Below, in pieces: positions 13,391 through 32,211 of a stretch of 64,000 nucleotides of DNA. Source of the stretch: Eledone cirrhosa (Eukaryota); assembly GCA_964016885.1 (NCBI GenBank), contig OZ024744.1:96782001-96846000 (forward strand), in the 5' to 3' direction. Position 1 is the first letter of the stretch, and each line of letters begins with the position of its first letter. Position numbers and translations under genes: made by a program. The notes beneath the pieces were generated by a model. It ran no database searches. It saw nothing but the letters and a program-made list of their open reading frames with translations, and was not told the DNA's origin.

Positions 13391-15335
13391 TATCTATATA
13401 TATATATATCTATATATCTATCTTTAGAAGGAGAATCAGGGTGGAAAGAGAGGCACTGAACCCCAGTAAATTTACTGAAAAGTGGGTGATTGTGGCAAAA
13501 TGGCCCGAGTGATTGGGCCTTCTCTGTTTATAAGCCTGTAGGGTGAAAAGGTGAGCAAAAGGATGAAAGGAGCACTTGCACAACACGCTCCTGGAGTTGA
13601 GGGTTGTTCTATCGACGGGGTATTAAACAACCCATTTGTGGTGCCTCCTCCCTATTGGGGATTTCGATTGTTGTAATTGTTTGTTTTTATATTTTTTACA
13701 CGACTGTATGTAAAATCCCCAGCATGTCTTTGTATTGTCCCCTTTTCTTGTGCGCCCTTGTGGCTAATAAAGAAATATATATATCTCACTCTCTCTTTCA
13801 CTCTTGATGTAAGTATATACATAAGTATGCGTGTATGTATGTATACATACATATATATGTATATGTACATAAGCATCCCTGTATATGTACACACATATAC
13901 ACACTCACACACGCGTACACTCACACATACACACACACACATCTATATGTATGTATTTATGATTGCACGTTAGTACACAGCGATAATTTCTTACATCGAC
14001 CACCCGTGCCTACCATCCATCCGTACATCTAAGTAAAATGTTTGAGTTTATTTATTTATATGCAAAAAGAAACTAATAAATTACGCTCATATTTGTTCAC
14101 ACACACACACAACTACACATAAATATACACACACAACCACACACACGCACACAACCACACATATACACACACACACACACAGCCACATACACAACCACAC
14201 ACGCACACAATCACACAGACACAACCACACAATCGCATGCACACATATATACACACAACTGCAGCTACATCGGCGTAAATTCACATTCACAACAAAATGG
14301 GCCTTAAACACAACTGGTAGACTGCGCCTCACTGGCAATATACCGCCAACCATAAATACAACTTAGCTACTCAAACACGCTTCAATGAGATCCATTTGCA
14401 AATATTCTTTCGGTGAAAACCATACTGAAATTAATAACCCTCATAGGTATAATTAGAGAATTCCATCTCCAATAATGTTTAATCTTCGGAAACTAATTCT
14501 CTAGCACAATATATCTTTCATTATAATATACCAGCAATATAATCAAAAGTTCACTTCAAAAATCATTCCCTACGCACTATGTACATTAACCCGATGAAAC
14601 GTTTTAAAAGTATGAATGATTCTACATGCAATCTGGTCAATACATGTTCTAGTGGTGAACAAATAATGTATGCATACATGCATGCATGCATACATATATA
14701 TGTGTTTGTTTGATGTTATTTTTCTGAGTTGTTTCACTCTGTACCATATTTATGATATGATATCAGACCATTGTCGCAGCTTCAAATATCCCAAACTTAT
14801 TGTTGAATACTTGTCGAGTACTTTGTGGTATTACGCTTGACAGGAGATCAGACGGAAAGTTGTGCATTCAACAAACATAACTTTAATTACTATATTAAAT
14901 AGTTAGATTCTCTTGAGATAATATTAGATTAACGAAGAGTTAGCAAGCCCAAAACGATCGATTCTTCATTAATGTCTTCCGATTCTTTCGAAACGGTGGC
15001 CAATCAAAAACGCCGTGTTGTGCTTGCAAAGTTGTACAGAGCGTTGATTAGTGTTTCAATTCTTAAATCTGGTTTGCGTTTAAAGTTGCAATGTTGTTTT
15101 ATAGAAACAGTACGCCATTCTGCATTCGAAAAGAAGTAATTTAACGGGTATTTCTTCGAAACGATTTCCCTGAATTGCGACCAGTTCATAGGTGAAACTT
15201 GTATCGCAAGTAACTTATCTGTATTAAATAAACTATCGCACTCTCCTCAACGAATAGTGCCCTATATAAGAAAATGTGTGTAACCTGTAAAACCAGTAAT
15301 ATGTCTTATATAACTACAATAAACAAACATAAATA

Positions 15336-15380
<45 letters not shown>

Positions 15381-15424
15381 AATATATATATATATAAATA
15401 CATCTATATATATATAGATAGATT

Positions 15425-15956
15425 TTGAGTTTATGTTGGTTGTATACCAACACCTCAGTATGCAGGCTGGAGCACTCGACGAAGTGCGCAGGTTGGTTTG
15501 GTTACTCCGGAGTAGTGTAAAATAAAGTTAAATAAAAGTCAAATGATTAAAATTTAGCTTCGTTTATTACTGCTATATATATTTCAGTGACAGCCATCTT
15601 TGGCTGTGACCTCTTCAGGCAGTTTGAATTAGTATGGTATAGACAAGTACATATGTTGTTTAGGTGTATAATATTGTCAATACTCTGATATGCCCAGTTC
15701 CTGGTTGGGTTGTTATTTCACTGGGGAACTGGAGTCATACCCAGACTCCAGTTCCCCAGTGAAATAACAACCCAACCAGGAACTGGGCATATCAGAGTAT
15801 TGACAATATTATACACCTAAACAAAATATGTACTTGTCTATACCATACTAATTCAAACTGCCTGAAGAGGTCACAGCCAAAGATGGCTGTCACTGAAATA
15901 TATATAGCAGTAATAAACGAAGCTAAATTTTAATCATTTGACTTTTATTTAACTTT

Positions 15957-15962
<6 letters not shown>
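15425..15962 (-). mobile_element. Penelope-like near-perfect palindrome with two HHRs (15569-15623 minus, 15857-15911 plus)
   Basis: ~217-bp inverted arms. actgc-CTGAAGA-ggtcacagccaaagatggctgtcact-GAAA-tatata-TA-gcagt is followed by AATAAA. Only the left arm has the tail. Confidence 0.9.
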
Positions 15963-16039
<77 letters not shown>

Positions 16040-17057
16040 GTATATTTATGTGTGTATGTGTAAATGTATATATATATATATATATATATATACAGTTACA
16101 GTATCCCAATCTCCAACCAGCCGTAGGGATTTTCTAAAACAACATTATAGTATTTCTGACCCACTTGCATGAACGCAATATCACAGACAAGATAAGTCGG
16201 AACACTTCCAGTCATGTAGCTTAAGTGACAGATTAAGATATAAAAGTTAGCTAAAATGATATCATGTCCAAATTAACTTTTTTTTTTGTTTTGTTTTTTT
16301 TGCTGCTGCCCAGGACAGAGTAATTTCTTTATTAAGTGTAATAACTTCATAAAGTATCAAACAGAACCAAAGGGACAGACTCTATCATAAGATTATCCAA
16401 AGATCTTCAACAAGTTGCAACTAATATTTCAAAGTTGCTACTTGATCAAAGATCAGCATATTCAACAAAGATTAACAATTTCAAATTTCAGAAAGATCGA
16501 TTATTTTTTTCCCTTGATGGGAAAGATGGGATGGATTGGAAAAAAATCATCAGTCCATCGTTGGCAAACATTCCTCAAAATTAGCAGGTTGCCGTCGCAG
16601 CTGCTTTTTCAAAGATTTACAAGAACTTCTTTGTCTGGAATCAAGGCAGTCCATATGTGTTTCTTCAAGCTTTATTTCAAACTGATGACAAATGAAAATA
16701 CTAACTACGTGCAATATCAACTTAGGCAATGACGTGTCATAGATTGTAAGATGTAGAACGACTGTTTGGATGAATGCCCAATGTTTCACAGATTGATATA
16801 ACATGATTTGGAAAGGACGATTAAAGTTATTTATAGAAACAAATCGATAGCGTGAGAAGCCACATGGAGTTTGGCTATTGATTTCAGACAAATATTGCTT
16901 TTGATTCCAAGAAGCAGAGGTTAAGATAAAACTAAAGCTTGTTTAAAGTCACCCTATCTTTAGAGAAAAAAACTAAGTTACACTCTCCAATAAAGTGAGG
17001 GTACATTTATGTGAAGGTCAATTATCTGGAGAATTTACCAGATGCAATGTGATTATG

Positions 17058-17400
17058 GAGGCATGTGGCCTAGTGGTAAGGGTATTGGACTTACGACCAT
17101 AATATCGTGGCTTTCATTCCTGGATTAGGTTGTGTGTTGTGTTCTTGAGCAAAACACTTCATTTCACGTTGCTCCCGTATACTAAGTGGAAGTGTGTGTC
17201 CTAGTGGTAAGGGTGTTGGACTTACGATCATAATGTCGTGGGTTCGATTTCCAGGATTGTGGTGTGTTGTGTTCTTGAGCAAAACATAATTTCACATTGC
17301 TCCAATCTACTCATCTGAAAATGACTACCATCAGCAATAACTGAGGGTTTAACCCTGCGTCCTGTCCTGAGAGAAGCCATGCACTCTCAATCGCTTCACA
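17058..17400 (+). mobile_element. Two tandem tRNA-derived SINE family B heads (CORE-like central domain)
   Basis: A box tggcctagtggtaagg, B box ggttcgatt, core tgtgttcttgagcaaaacactt. Other copies at 27610-27758(-), 30530-30810, 34520-34835(-), 39010-39205(-), 45337-45625(-), 53350-53490 and 53625-53960. Confidence 0.85.
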
Positions 17401-17404
17401 CCAT

Positions 17405-21508
<4,104 letters not shown>

Positions 21509-21589
21509 TAATAAATAAATAGATACACAGGTGTTAACAAGTTCCTCGCAAGAGCTCATAAAACCCCATAAAGCAGAATGCAAAATGCA

Positions 21590-21745
21590 TCGAAGACGCT
21601 ACCTTTATCCTAAAATAAGTCTAAAAAATCTACCATATGTCGTGGAGGCCGGAGTTTGTTTATTATTTTTTTTTTCAAATTTTTGGTTGTCAAAATTAGG
21701 GTGCGACTAGAAGAGGAAGCGTCTTTGGCGCCGGGAAATACGGTA
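21590..21745. mobile_element. Possible pogo/Tc1-type MITE end
   Basis: Ends in gcgtctttggcgccgggaaatacggta, resembling TACCGTATTT-type TIRs, with an inverted aagacgc at ~21593. The matching other TIR was not found. Confidence 0.4.
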
Positions 21746-22053
21746 GATTAGTGACAAATAAAAGTGAACAACTCACTGATCACATGTAAATTCAAAATTC
21801 AAAATTCAAATCCGGTGGTAAAGTCTGCATTAGTCAAAGTCAGAAACACACCCTAACACTAACTTATACTGAAGATGAGATCACGATAAAAAACGTTGAA
21901 GAAGGATTCAGAAATTTACGCTATCAAACTGCTAGAATCTCATTTGTGAAGAATAAAAAACAGCAAAACAAATTAAAAAAACGTGATACAAAAATAAAAC
22001 TAGACGCTAACGTCTAAGTTTTAAAAATTGTTATGTATATATATATATATATT

Positions 22054-22120
<67 letters not shown>

Positions 22121-22696
22121 TGTTATACTTTGGGAGAGTCTTGCTGTCAATAAAAACACACGCACTTATTGGTTTCACTTCAGTTTATTATGAATTTCCG
22201 GCTGGTTGGCTCAATAACCGGTTGTTTATAAATTGTCAAAGCACTTTCGTCACACATTCTGTGACCTTCTCAGTAGCTGATTTCATATTTTGCGTCTCTC
22301 CTTTGTTCTCTCTGTGTTGCGTTCATTGGCAGCATGACCCCCCCCCCCCCCCCACCACCACCCCCACCCCACCCCCACCCCCACCCCCCACCAAAGTATA
22401 AAAATATATTTTTTAACACGTTTTCAGATAAGAAATTTGCAAAGCAAATTCAAAAGCGAAATATACATACATATATATATATCATACTTACATTGCATAT
22501 ATATATATGTAAGTATGCGTGCATATATATTTATATATGAATATATGAAATTACACACATAAATATATCTATATATGTGTGTATATATATATATATGCAA
22601 CAGATGTCAAGATGAATGGACCTATTATTTTTATCTAAAGACATTTTTTCCAATTCCATCCCGCCCGTCCCCTTAATCTATTTTATTTCTCATCTT

Positions 22697-22732
22697 TCTT
22701 CTGATGAAGGACTAGCGTCCGAAACGTTAAGA
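22697..22732 (+). ncRNA. Minimal hammerhead ribozyme
   Basis: tctt-CTGATGA-a-ggac tagc gtcc-GAAA-cg-TT-aaga. Relatives at ~24606 (C3>U), ~43345(-), ~44545(-, CCGATGA) and ~11912(-, CCGAAGA). Confidence 0.8.
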
Positions 22733-22883
22733 CCCTCTTCCTGATATATCAAGTGTTAACCTAATATATACCTTCCATATACTGTACCGATTATGTTGTT
22801 ATTTCTCTTTACCTTTTACATATATATACATATATATACGAAATATTAACAAATGGAAACTATATTTATAAAATCATATTTAT

Positions 22884-22943
22884 TTCATTATAGATATTTC
22901 AAGGACACCAAGTTAAATTATGGTGTGTTTTCATCAGATAAAA
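22884..22943 (-). ncRNA. Hammerhead ribozyme (family of 10740), diverged
   Basis: Reverse complement reads ttttat-CTGATGA-aaacacacca..tggtgtcctt-GAAA-tatcta-TA-atgaa. Confidence 0.65.
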
Positions 22944-23697
22944 TATAATATAGAGCAGTTTTATAAATAAATATTGACATACCCTTAAAGAATGCGACCA
23001 TTTCTGTTGGAAGCTCCCGGATAGTGGGGTTATAACTTTATTTATACTATTATGTAAATTAGTTTCGGATATTTTTAAATCAGAGTAGATTTAAATAAGC
23101 CGTTGGGTTATGGAGAAAGAGAGAGAGAGAAAAAAGAGAGATATCTTCTTATTTTTCTTATTCTCCTCTTAGAGTTTGCTCTTTTTTCTTTTTTCTCTTT
23201 TTTCTTTTTTCTCTTTTTTATATCTCTCTTTTTTCTCTCTCTCTCTTTCTCCATAAACCAACGGCTTATTTAAATGCCTTAAAATAGACAAATATGCTCT
23301 ATAATTAATCACGCTTTTGGAAACTTTTGTTCGTGATATTCTAAACTGGAACAATGAATTCAGCACCCTTAATTGTAAATAAGTTGTTGATTTTTTGGAA
23401 AATCGATACAGCATTCAACTATAAACCTAATTAATCAGTAAGATATATGCATGTATTTCTATTAGCCATGTTTTTTCCAACCAAACCGGCGCTGTTCTCC
23501 ATAACCGTATATTAAGTGTGTCCTGAAATTATGCTAATTGTGTACCTAATGTCGTGTCGTAAATGTGTGTCTATATGGTAAGAAGGTACATTGACATGTT
23601 AAAAAAACAAAACAAAGTGATGAGCTGCTAGATTCCTTCAACTCACTTCATACACTTATGAACCAAAGAAAAATAAACACATTCGATAACGCAGTCG

Positions 23698-23749
<52 letters not shown>

Positions 23750-23795
23750 GATGGTCCCAGAGGCCAAACGACTTTGATCGTATGTATATATATAT

Positions 23796-23925
<130 letters not shown>

Positions 23926-24722
23926 TGTATATATATATATATATATATGTAATAGGAAAAAGTTCAGGACACCAAGTATACAAAGTATTGAAGCAAGAAG
24001 CCAACAATATTCCATAATATATAAGTGACTATAGCGTCAAAATGGAAAAATAGTTAACGTAAGATGTGGGAAAATAATTCAAACTCAATTCAAAAAGAAT
24101 CAGGATATAGATTCATCCACAGAATTTGGTGAAATCCAGGGAAAAATCGATAGAGCCTTAACTCGGAATAAAATAAAGTTTCAAATACTCATCCTTCAAT
24201 TTGGAAAAACTACAATGCTCTGTATAGTCTTATTGACTATTTCACGAAACTTTCAGTGGTGATGGTCACGGTTGGTATCGATCATCAGCAGAGCTCAAAG
24301 GCATGATAACTAAAGTTTCACTGTTTATAATATGCCAAAAAGGGAATTTAAAAGCAAGTTAGTTCAACATCATGCGTAATTATGAAGAAAAACGCACATG
24401 TAGAGACAGGGCTGGTGACGTCAGAATGAGACGAATGTCTGTTTACATGAAACAACAGTTAAAAGCATTCCGAAAAAAACTCTACAATATAAGTTCAGCA
24501 AAAGCAATATTATCGCGGTTTTTTTTTTTTTTTTTTTTTTATTTATATATATAAAAGATATTTTTTCCATTTCCATCACACCAGTCCCCACAATCTATCA
24601 TTCTTTCTTTTGATGAAGGACTAGCGTCCGAAACGTTAAGACCCTCTTCCTGCTATATCAAGCGTTAACCTAATATATCCCTTTCATATACTGTACCTGT
24701 TGTGTTGTTATTTCTGTTTTCA

Positions 24723-24828
<106 letters not shown>

Positions 24829-25120
24829 GTATAATAAACTATACAATATAATTACCTCATTACCAGAGGTTTCCGGAATAAGACGAATACAAGAAACGTC
24901 CTCATTCGTTCGTCAGACAAGGCAATTTAAAACATTGTGAAATATTTGAAAAATCTCCTCGAGAAAGGCAAAAGTTTAACGGGCAAAAAAGAAATATAAA
25001 TAAAAGTAATGCAAGAGATATATAAAAATAAAATAAGGAAATATAGTAAGGGTATATGTATAAATGTGTGTATATGCACCTACAAATGTACATATGTGTG
25101 TATGTATAAATACCAATACC

Positions 25121-25167
<47 letters not shown>

Positions 25168-25485
25168 ATAACTAAGGCTAAACAATAACACGACAGATAT
25201 AAATAACAAAAAACCATATCTTGTCAATGCTACGGAAAAATATTGGCAAATATATTATGGGCAATCCATAACGTATTCATAATTGAACAAATCTCCGGTT
25301 GATGATGATATTAATTTAATAATTTCTTATGAAAAGGAAAAGCTTCTTCCCGATATTTGGAAATATTTACAAGGTCATGGAAAGGTGCAACAAAATTTGG
25401 TCTTATTGTTAAAAGATTAATTTCCTGAATGTAATGTTTAAGCTCTTATAACACCGCCGAACCTTTCTTTCCTCCCATTCTACTG

Positions 25486-25553
<68 letters not shown>

Positions 25554-25557
25554 AATA

Positions 25558-25600
<43 letters not shown>

Positions 25601-26048
25601 TTATCTATCTATTTATCTATCTATCTGGGCCTTCTCTCTATATCAGCCTGTAGGTTGAGGAAAAGAAGGAGGAGAGGAAAGGAGTACAAACTCTTCGAAC
25701 TCCTGGAGATGAGGGTTGCACATTGTTTTTTTCGGGGGTATGTGTTACCCATATAAACTGTCTCCTCCTATTGGGGAAAATCGATTAATTTTTTAAATTG
25801 CATTTGTGATAACATTTTACACGTTTTTATTGTATGTAAACTTCCCCCTTTGTATTTGTCCCCTTCTTTTGTGCCCCTGTGGCTAATAAAGAAACATATC
25901 TATCTATCTGTCTATATATCTATCTGTCTATATATCTATTTGTCTATCTATCTATCTATCGATCTAAATATATATATATATATAGATATATGTTTGCACA
26001 TATGTATACACAGACACACAGACACACACATAGACACACACACTCATG

Positions 26049-26143
<95 letters not shown>

Positions 26144-28814
26144 TATATGCACCGATACACAAGCTTGCTATTAACAGCTATTGGCACAAATTTATCGAAA
26201 TATTTCATGAACTTTCTGAATTTGTTTAGCAAGATTCTTTATCTAAAAACGTATGTTGAAACCGATATTGTTATACTGGTGCGTGTGTTTCTTATTAGCA
26301 ACATGACCCTCCCAAAGTATAACAATTTCATAAACTCTTCTGCGAAAATACTGTTCAGTATGTTTTGAGAAATATCTTTTTATTTATATTGGATCCTATT
26401 CGAATTCGAATTCGGAGTTTTAATTCATTTTATTACACAAATTGAGGATAATTGAAATAACAGCTTTTCCAGTTCGTTTTCGTAATCTTTTCGGCTCAAG
26501 TTTGTGATAATCCTATTCTATTCTCCAACAACTACATCTTAGAATAACACAAGTTGTGCGTATTATCACAGAGTGACTTATTATACAGTTATATCTACAT
26601 TAAATTAATCTTAGATTTTCTAATATGCTCAGTGTTATGCATACATTCACCGAGGAGTTCAACTTTGCCTTTCATCAGAGTCGATACAATAAGTAACCAG
26701 TTAAGTACTGGAGAGCGATAGGATTGATTTGTTTTTCTTCCCCTCCCCAAAATTGCTGGCCTTTTGCCATTGTTAGAAATAATTATTTACTCTATAATTA
26801 TATACTGTATGTTTATTTAAAAACATTTTGAAGCCGATTCGCTATGAATTTTGAAGTCTCGGTAAAATCAAAGCGGAGTAATCTTCCCCTTGCTTTTGCC
26901 AAGACAAAGTATGTGAGATAGTCACTACTTTAATATTCATAGCGAATGGGCTTCAAAATGTTTTAAAATAAACATACAGTATATTATCAAATATACTATA
27001 CGTACATTCATATATACATCGCTATTTCAGAACACCTATTCTAATTATTTAAATAATTACGTTACCAAGTGAACGCTCGTCATGTGAATTAGACTTTGTG
27101 TTTGACAAATATTGACTGCAATAAGTAAACTCCGGGTGAATGTGTGTCTGTGAAGCATATACATATACACCAGATCCGAACACAAAGGAACCAAACTCCC
27201 ACTGTCACTGTTCCTCTCGCTCTCCTCCCCATCTCTCACTATTGTGAGCAAATGGTGGATTGCTCGCTGGCCGCATCACTGCCCCGGCAGACAGAATAGA
27301 GAAGGCGTTTCCCCGGATGATGGAATGGTGACGGAGACCCGTTGGAAGAGCCATTCCAGCTCGCGAGGCTCACACCTGCGGGTAGCCAAACTCTGTGCCG
27401 ATGGTGGTGAGTAGTTCCACTGGTTCCAACTCTCTGAGACGGAAACTGGGTGGAAGCTTATTGGATGGATTTTACTTGTAATTCAAAGATACAGTTTTGG
27501 CACATACTATGTCACCCGAATTTATCTGCGTATAAAAATTTGTCGATCAACTTTCGTCAAATCAGACCGAGGAAACAATGTTTCCGTCGGTCTTTGCAAT
27601 TGCTAATACTATCTATCAGTCGCAACTCCAGGTAGAAGGAGCAACGTGAAATAAAGTGTCTTGCTCAAGGACATAACGCATCGCCCGGTCCGGGAACCGA
27701 ACTGACAACCTTACGATTGCGAATCCAGTTCTCTAACCACTCAGCCACACGCCTTCACTCTGAGTATAATATTAATAATTGTTTCTACTTTAGGCACAAC
27801 CCAGTAATTATCCAGTGCATTACTGGTACTCTATTTCATCGACCCCGTAAGGATGAAAGGCAAAGTTAACCTCGGCGGGATTTGAACTCAGACCGCAAAG
27901 GGACGTAACTATGCTGGAAAGCATGGCGTCCGACTCTCTACTGATACTGCCAATCCACATTAATGATTTCTAGTATAGGCACAACCCAGTAATTTTGGGG
28001 GAGGGGACAGTCGATTAAACCGACCCCAGTACGTTACTGGTGCTTTATTTTATCGACCCCGTAAGGATGAAAGGCAGAGTTAACCTCGGCGGGATTTGAA
28101 CTCAGACCGCCAAGGGCCGTAACTCTATGCTGTAAAGCATGCTGTCCGACCCTCTACCGATATTGCCAATCCACCACCCTGAGTATAATATTAATAATAA
28201 ATACTACGTGTCTGAGTCACGTGTTAATTTAACCATTATGCCGTTCATAGATAACGAATCGGTTGAGTCTGTAGAAGGTAGGACAAAATGCCTTGCAATA
28301 TGTATGTATGTATGTATGTTTGTTTGTATATACGTATGTATGTATATATGTGTGTATGTATTATCTATGTTCCCGCGCATTCTTCTAGGAGAAGGCAACT
28401 CAGGAAAACTGGGATAACTCCGACATAAAACCTGCGGCTCAGTAGTTACTGATGATGTTGATCTTTTCTTCTTAGGTTAGGTATAGCACGATAGCATTAA
28501 TTGATAATTATTAATAATGTCATATCGTGCAATGGTCATACTCGATAACGAGGGGGCAGCCATCTTCATCATCATCATGTATTTTCTATATGTATATATA
28601 TGTATGCATGTATGAATGTATGTATGCATGTATGTATGTATGTGTGAGTGTATGTATACTTGCATGTATGCATATATATATATATATATATATATATTAA
28701 TAAGAGGAATTCCAACTTTGTCTGATTTACTCGTTTTATTTACAATCCTTTAAAATATATATAATGGTATTATAATGAAATAGTATGATAGAAAATTAAA
28801 TTCTAAGTGTTAAT

Positions 28815-28853
28815 TGAACAAGTACTTTCATGCTTTCGCAATCTTCAGGTTCA
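28815..28853 (-). ncRNA. Minimal hammerhead ribozyme with GAAA tetraloop in stem II
   Basis: Reverse complement reads tgaac-CTGAAGA-ttgc gaaa gcat-GAAA-gtac-TT-gttca. Confidence 0.85.
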
Positions 28854-28917
28854 TAATATGTGGTGACAGTCAAGTTTGCAATTTTCAACTGTATATATAT
28901 ATATATATACACACACA

Positions 28918-28976
<59 letters not shown>

Positions 28977-29229
28977 GTGTGTGTATGTGTTTGGGCAATA
29001 GTTTTTTGTTCAGCTCTAAATTAGCTGCGGTACGGCAATCCTTCGGTTAAATGCAGTTTGCCAGTGAGAAATTGTAGTTTTCTAGAATACATTAACCAAT
29101 ATTTCATTTCCACATTTTTAAAGATGGAAGGGTGGGATTTGAGGAATATTTACTGTTTCTTTTTGCAGGTAAGGCAACCATGTAAATAATCTCTTGTTGG
29201 CTTGTATACACACACACACGCGCACACGC

Positions 29230-29327
<98 letters not shown>

Positions 29328-29562
29328 AATATATATATATATATTTATTTATATATATATTTATATATACACACACACACATATATATATATATAATATA
29401 TATATATATATGTATGTATGCATGTATGTATGTATGTACGTATGGGACTGGCTTTGTGCAGTGCCTTTGCTCACTATAGAAGCTTGACGGCACAGGCATA
29501 TATATATATAATATATATATAATATATATATATATATATTATATATATATAATATATATATA

Positions 29563-29660
<98 letters not shown>

Positions 29661-29702
29661 ATGTACGTATATATACGTATATATACATGTATCTAAATGT
29701 AT

Positions 29703-29806
<104 letters not shown>

Positions 29807-30206
29807 ATGTCTTTTTGTTCCGAGACTTACATGACGTCATTTCGTTGTGTTTAGGTACACGAAGACGCGAAGACGCAGCCCACGCCACGTGTAAAAATAC
29901 ACGCAATTATTATCTACATGTACTCTGAATTGGTCATTTACACATGCATAAAATAGACACATCAATAAAACATTTTAATGTCAGGAGAGTGGTCATAAGG
30001 ATAGTGGAATAAGCCGTCTATCAAAATGAACAAGGAAACTTGTTAAGTAAAACCGGTATAACAGGTAGTTATTGTTATTAATTGTTAGATGATTGCTTTA
30101 TCTCAAGTATTGCCACTCATCTATTGTTATAATCTATCTGCTGTTCCTTTTCGTATCCTTAATATCTTCTATTTAATAACATTGCCTGTTTACCTTTCTG
30201 CAAGAT

Positions 30207-30243
<37 letters not shown>

Positions 30244-31831
30244 ATTATTATTGTTTTCATTAAAATGAAAACAGATCTCCATTTCTCTTGATTCAATAAG
30301 CTTCATCTTTCAAAACATTTTATTGATTAGTATTGTTTAATAGCAAGCTATAAGGAGTCATGAGAAGGTTTTATGTTATGTTTTATTATTTTTAGTTTTA
30401 ACCTATGTTCCACATTCTATCTTTGACTTCATGTCCCAAATTGTATGGCTGAGTGTGCAATTCGGCTTTTATAATCAAATGCTGTTGTATGTGATCGTTA
30501 TTATTGTTGTTGTTGCTATTATTAGGGGTGGAGGCACGTGCCCTAGTGGTAAGGGTGTTGGACTTACGATCATAATCTCGTGCGTTCGATTGCTGGGCTG
30601 CGTGTTGTGTTCTTGAGTAAACCACTTCATTTCACGTTGCTCCATATACTCAGCTGAAAATGAGCACCAGCTATAGTTGGAGGTTTGACCCTGCCATGGA
30701 CTGGCGTCCTGTCCAGGGGGGGGGGGGTCTTTACTCTCAGTCGCTTCACGCCATGAAACCGGGATAAGCAACGGCCAAATGAGTCTCCTGGCTTAAGACA
30801 GACTTTAGACTTTTTTATTATTAGGGCGGTGAATTAGCAGTATCAGTAGAGAGTGAGACGCCATACTTTGCAGAATAGAGTTACGGCCCTTTACAATCTG
30901 AGTTCAAATCCCTCCGAGGTAACCTTGCTTTCATCCTTACAGTGACGATACAATAAAGAACCAGTAATACACTGGTGTCGATTCGATTTAATCGACTTTC
31001 TCTTCCTCAAAATGACTGGCCTTGTGCGTATAGAAGAAATCATTTTGAGGGCGGTGGTTTAGCAGTATCGGTAGAGCGTTAGACGCCAGGCTTTGCAGTA
31101 TTTAGTTACGTCCCTTTACGTTCTGAGTTATAATCCCGCCGAGGTTAACTTTAGCCTTCATCTTTACAGGGTCGATAAAATAAAGTACCAGTCACGCGCT
31201 GGGTTCGATTTAATCGACTTTCCCCTCCCCCAAAATTGCTGACCTTGTGCCTGGTTTGGCAGTATCGGTAGAGCGTCAGACGGCATGCTTTGCAGCATAG
31301 AGTTACCTCCCTTTGCGCTCTGAGTTTAAATCCCACCGAGGTTAACTTTGCCTTTCATCCTTAGTGGGTAGATAAGGCATGTAGTTACGTCCCTTTACGT
31401 TCTGTGTACAACTGCCGCTGAGGTTAGCTTTTTCTTTCATCCTTACGGGGGGAGGGGGGGTCAACAAATTAAAGTACTAGAAACACGCTGGGGTCGATTT
31501 AATCAACCTCCCCCCCCACTCAAATTGTTGACCTTGTACCTAAATCAGAAACCATTATTGCTATAATTATTTCATATGGCAGAGTCGTTAGAACGTTGGA
31601 CAAAGTACCTTGTGTTTTGAACTTTGAGGCCCTATACGTTCTAAATTCAAATATCCTAAGGGTCGATAAAAGAAAGTACAGCAGTAATATACTAGGGTTC
31701 ATATATTCAATTTTCCCTCTACAAAATGCTGGCTTTGTACTTAAATTAGAAGCCATTTTTATTATTACATATCATTTGGTTATTATAGAGTATCCCAATA
31801 TTGTATTCGGTTCAAAGTTTTCACCATTTAC

Positions 31832-31936
<105 letters not shown>

Positions 31937-31954
31937 GTTATTATTAATAATAAT

Positions 31955-32152
31955 AATTGTTTCTACTTTTGGCACAAGACCAGCAATTATCCCAGTGTAT
32001 TACTGGTACTTTATTTTATCGACACCGTAAGGATGAAAGGTAAAGTTAATCCCGCCGAGGTTAACTTTGCCTTTCATCCTTACGGGGTCTATAAAATAAA
32101 GTACCAGTAATACACTGGGATAATTGCTGGCCTTGTGCCAAAAGTAGAAACA

Positions 32153-32155
<3 letters not shown>
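31955..32155. mobile_element. Palindromic (5'-inverted) SINE family A copy inside an (ATT)n tract
   Basis: Two 3' halves of the SINE read outward from a junction near 32050. Confidence 0.85.

Positions 32156-32209
<54 letters not shown>

Positions 32210-32211
<2 letters not shown>

Noticed and set aside
16681-16705. CTGATGA..GAAA match (similar isolated cores at 24283-, 53010- and 59260+)
   Set aside because: No stem I or stem II pairing, or truncated, so chance matches or fragments.
16415-16900. ORFs, and a possible pogo-like transposase remnant (VWMNAQCFTD*Y)
   Set aside because: One weak motif among many stops, which is insufficient support.
17058-17260. tRNA genes (also 53350, 53625 and 63385-63430)
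   Set aside because: A/B boxes are present but there is no complete cloverleaf. Most continue into SINE bodies, and the 63385 piece is only a 3' half.
24040-24500. Mutator-like transposase remnant (HPSIWK)
   Set aside because: A single short motif with no continuous frame.
29441-29498. HDV-like ribozyme in the RTE-related leader (also 43851-43907)
   Set aside because: Hairpins are present, but I could not assign the nested double pseudoknot or a catalytic J4/2.
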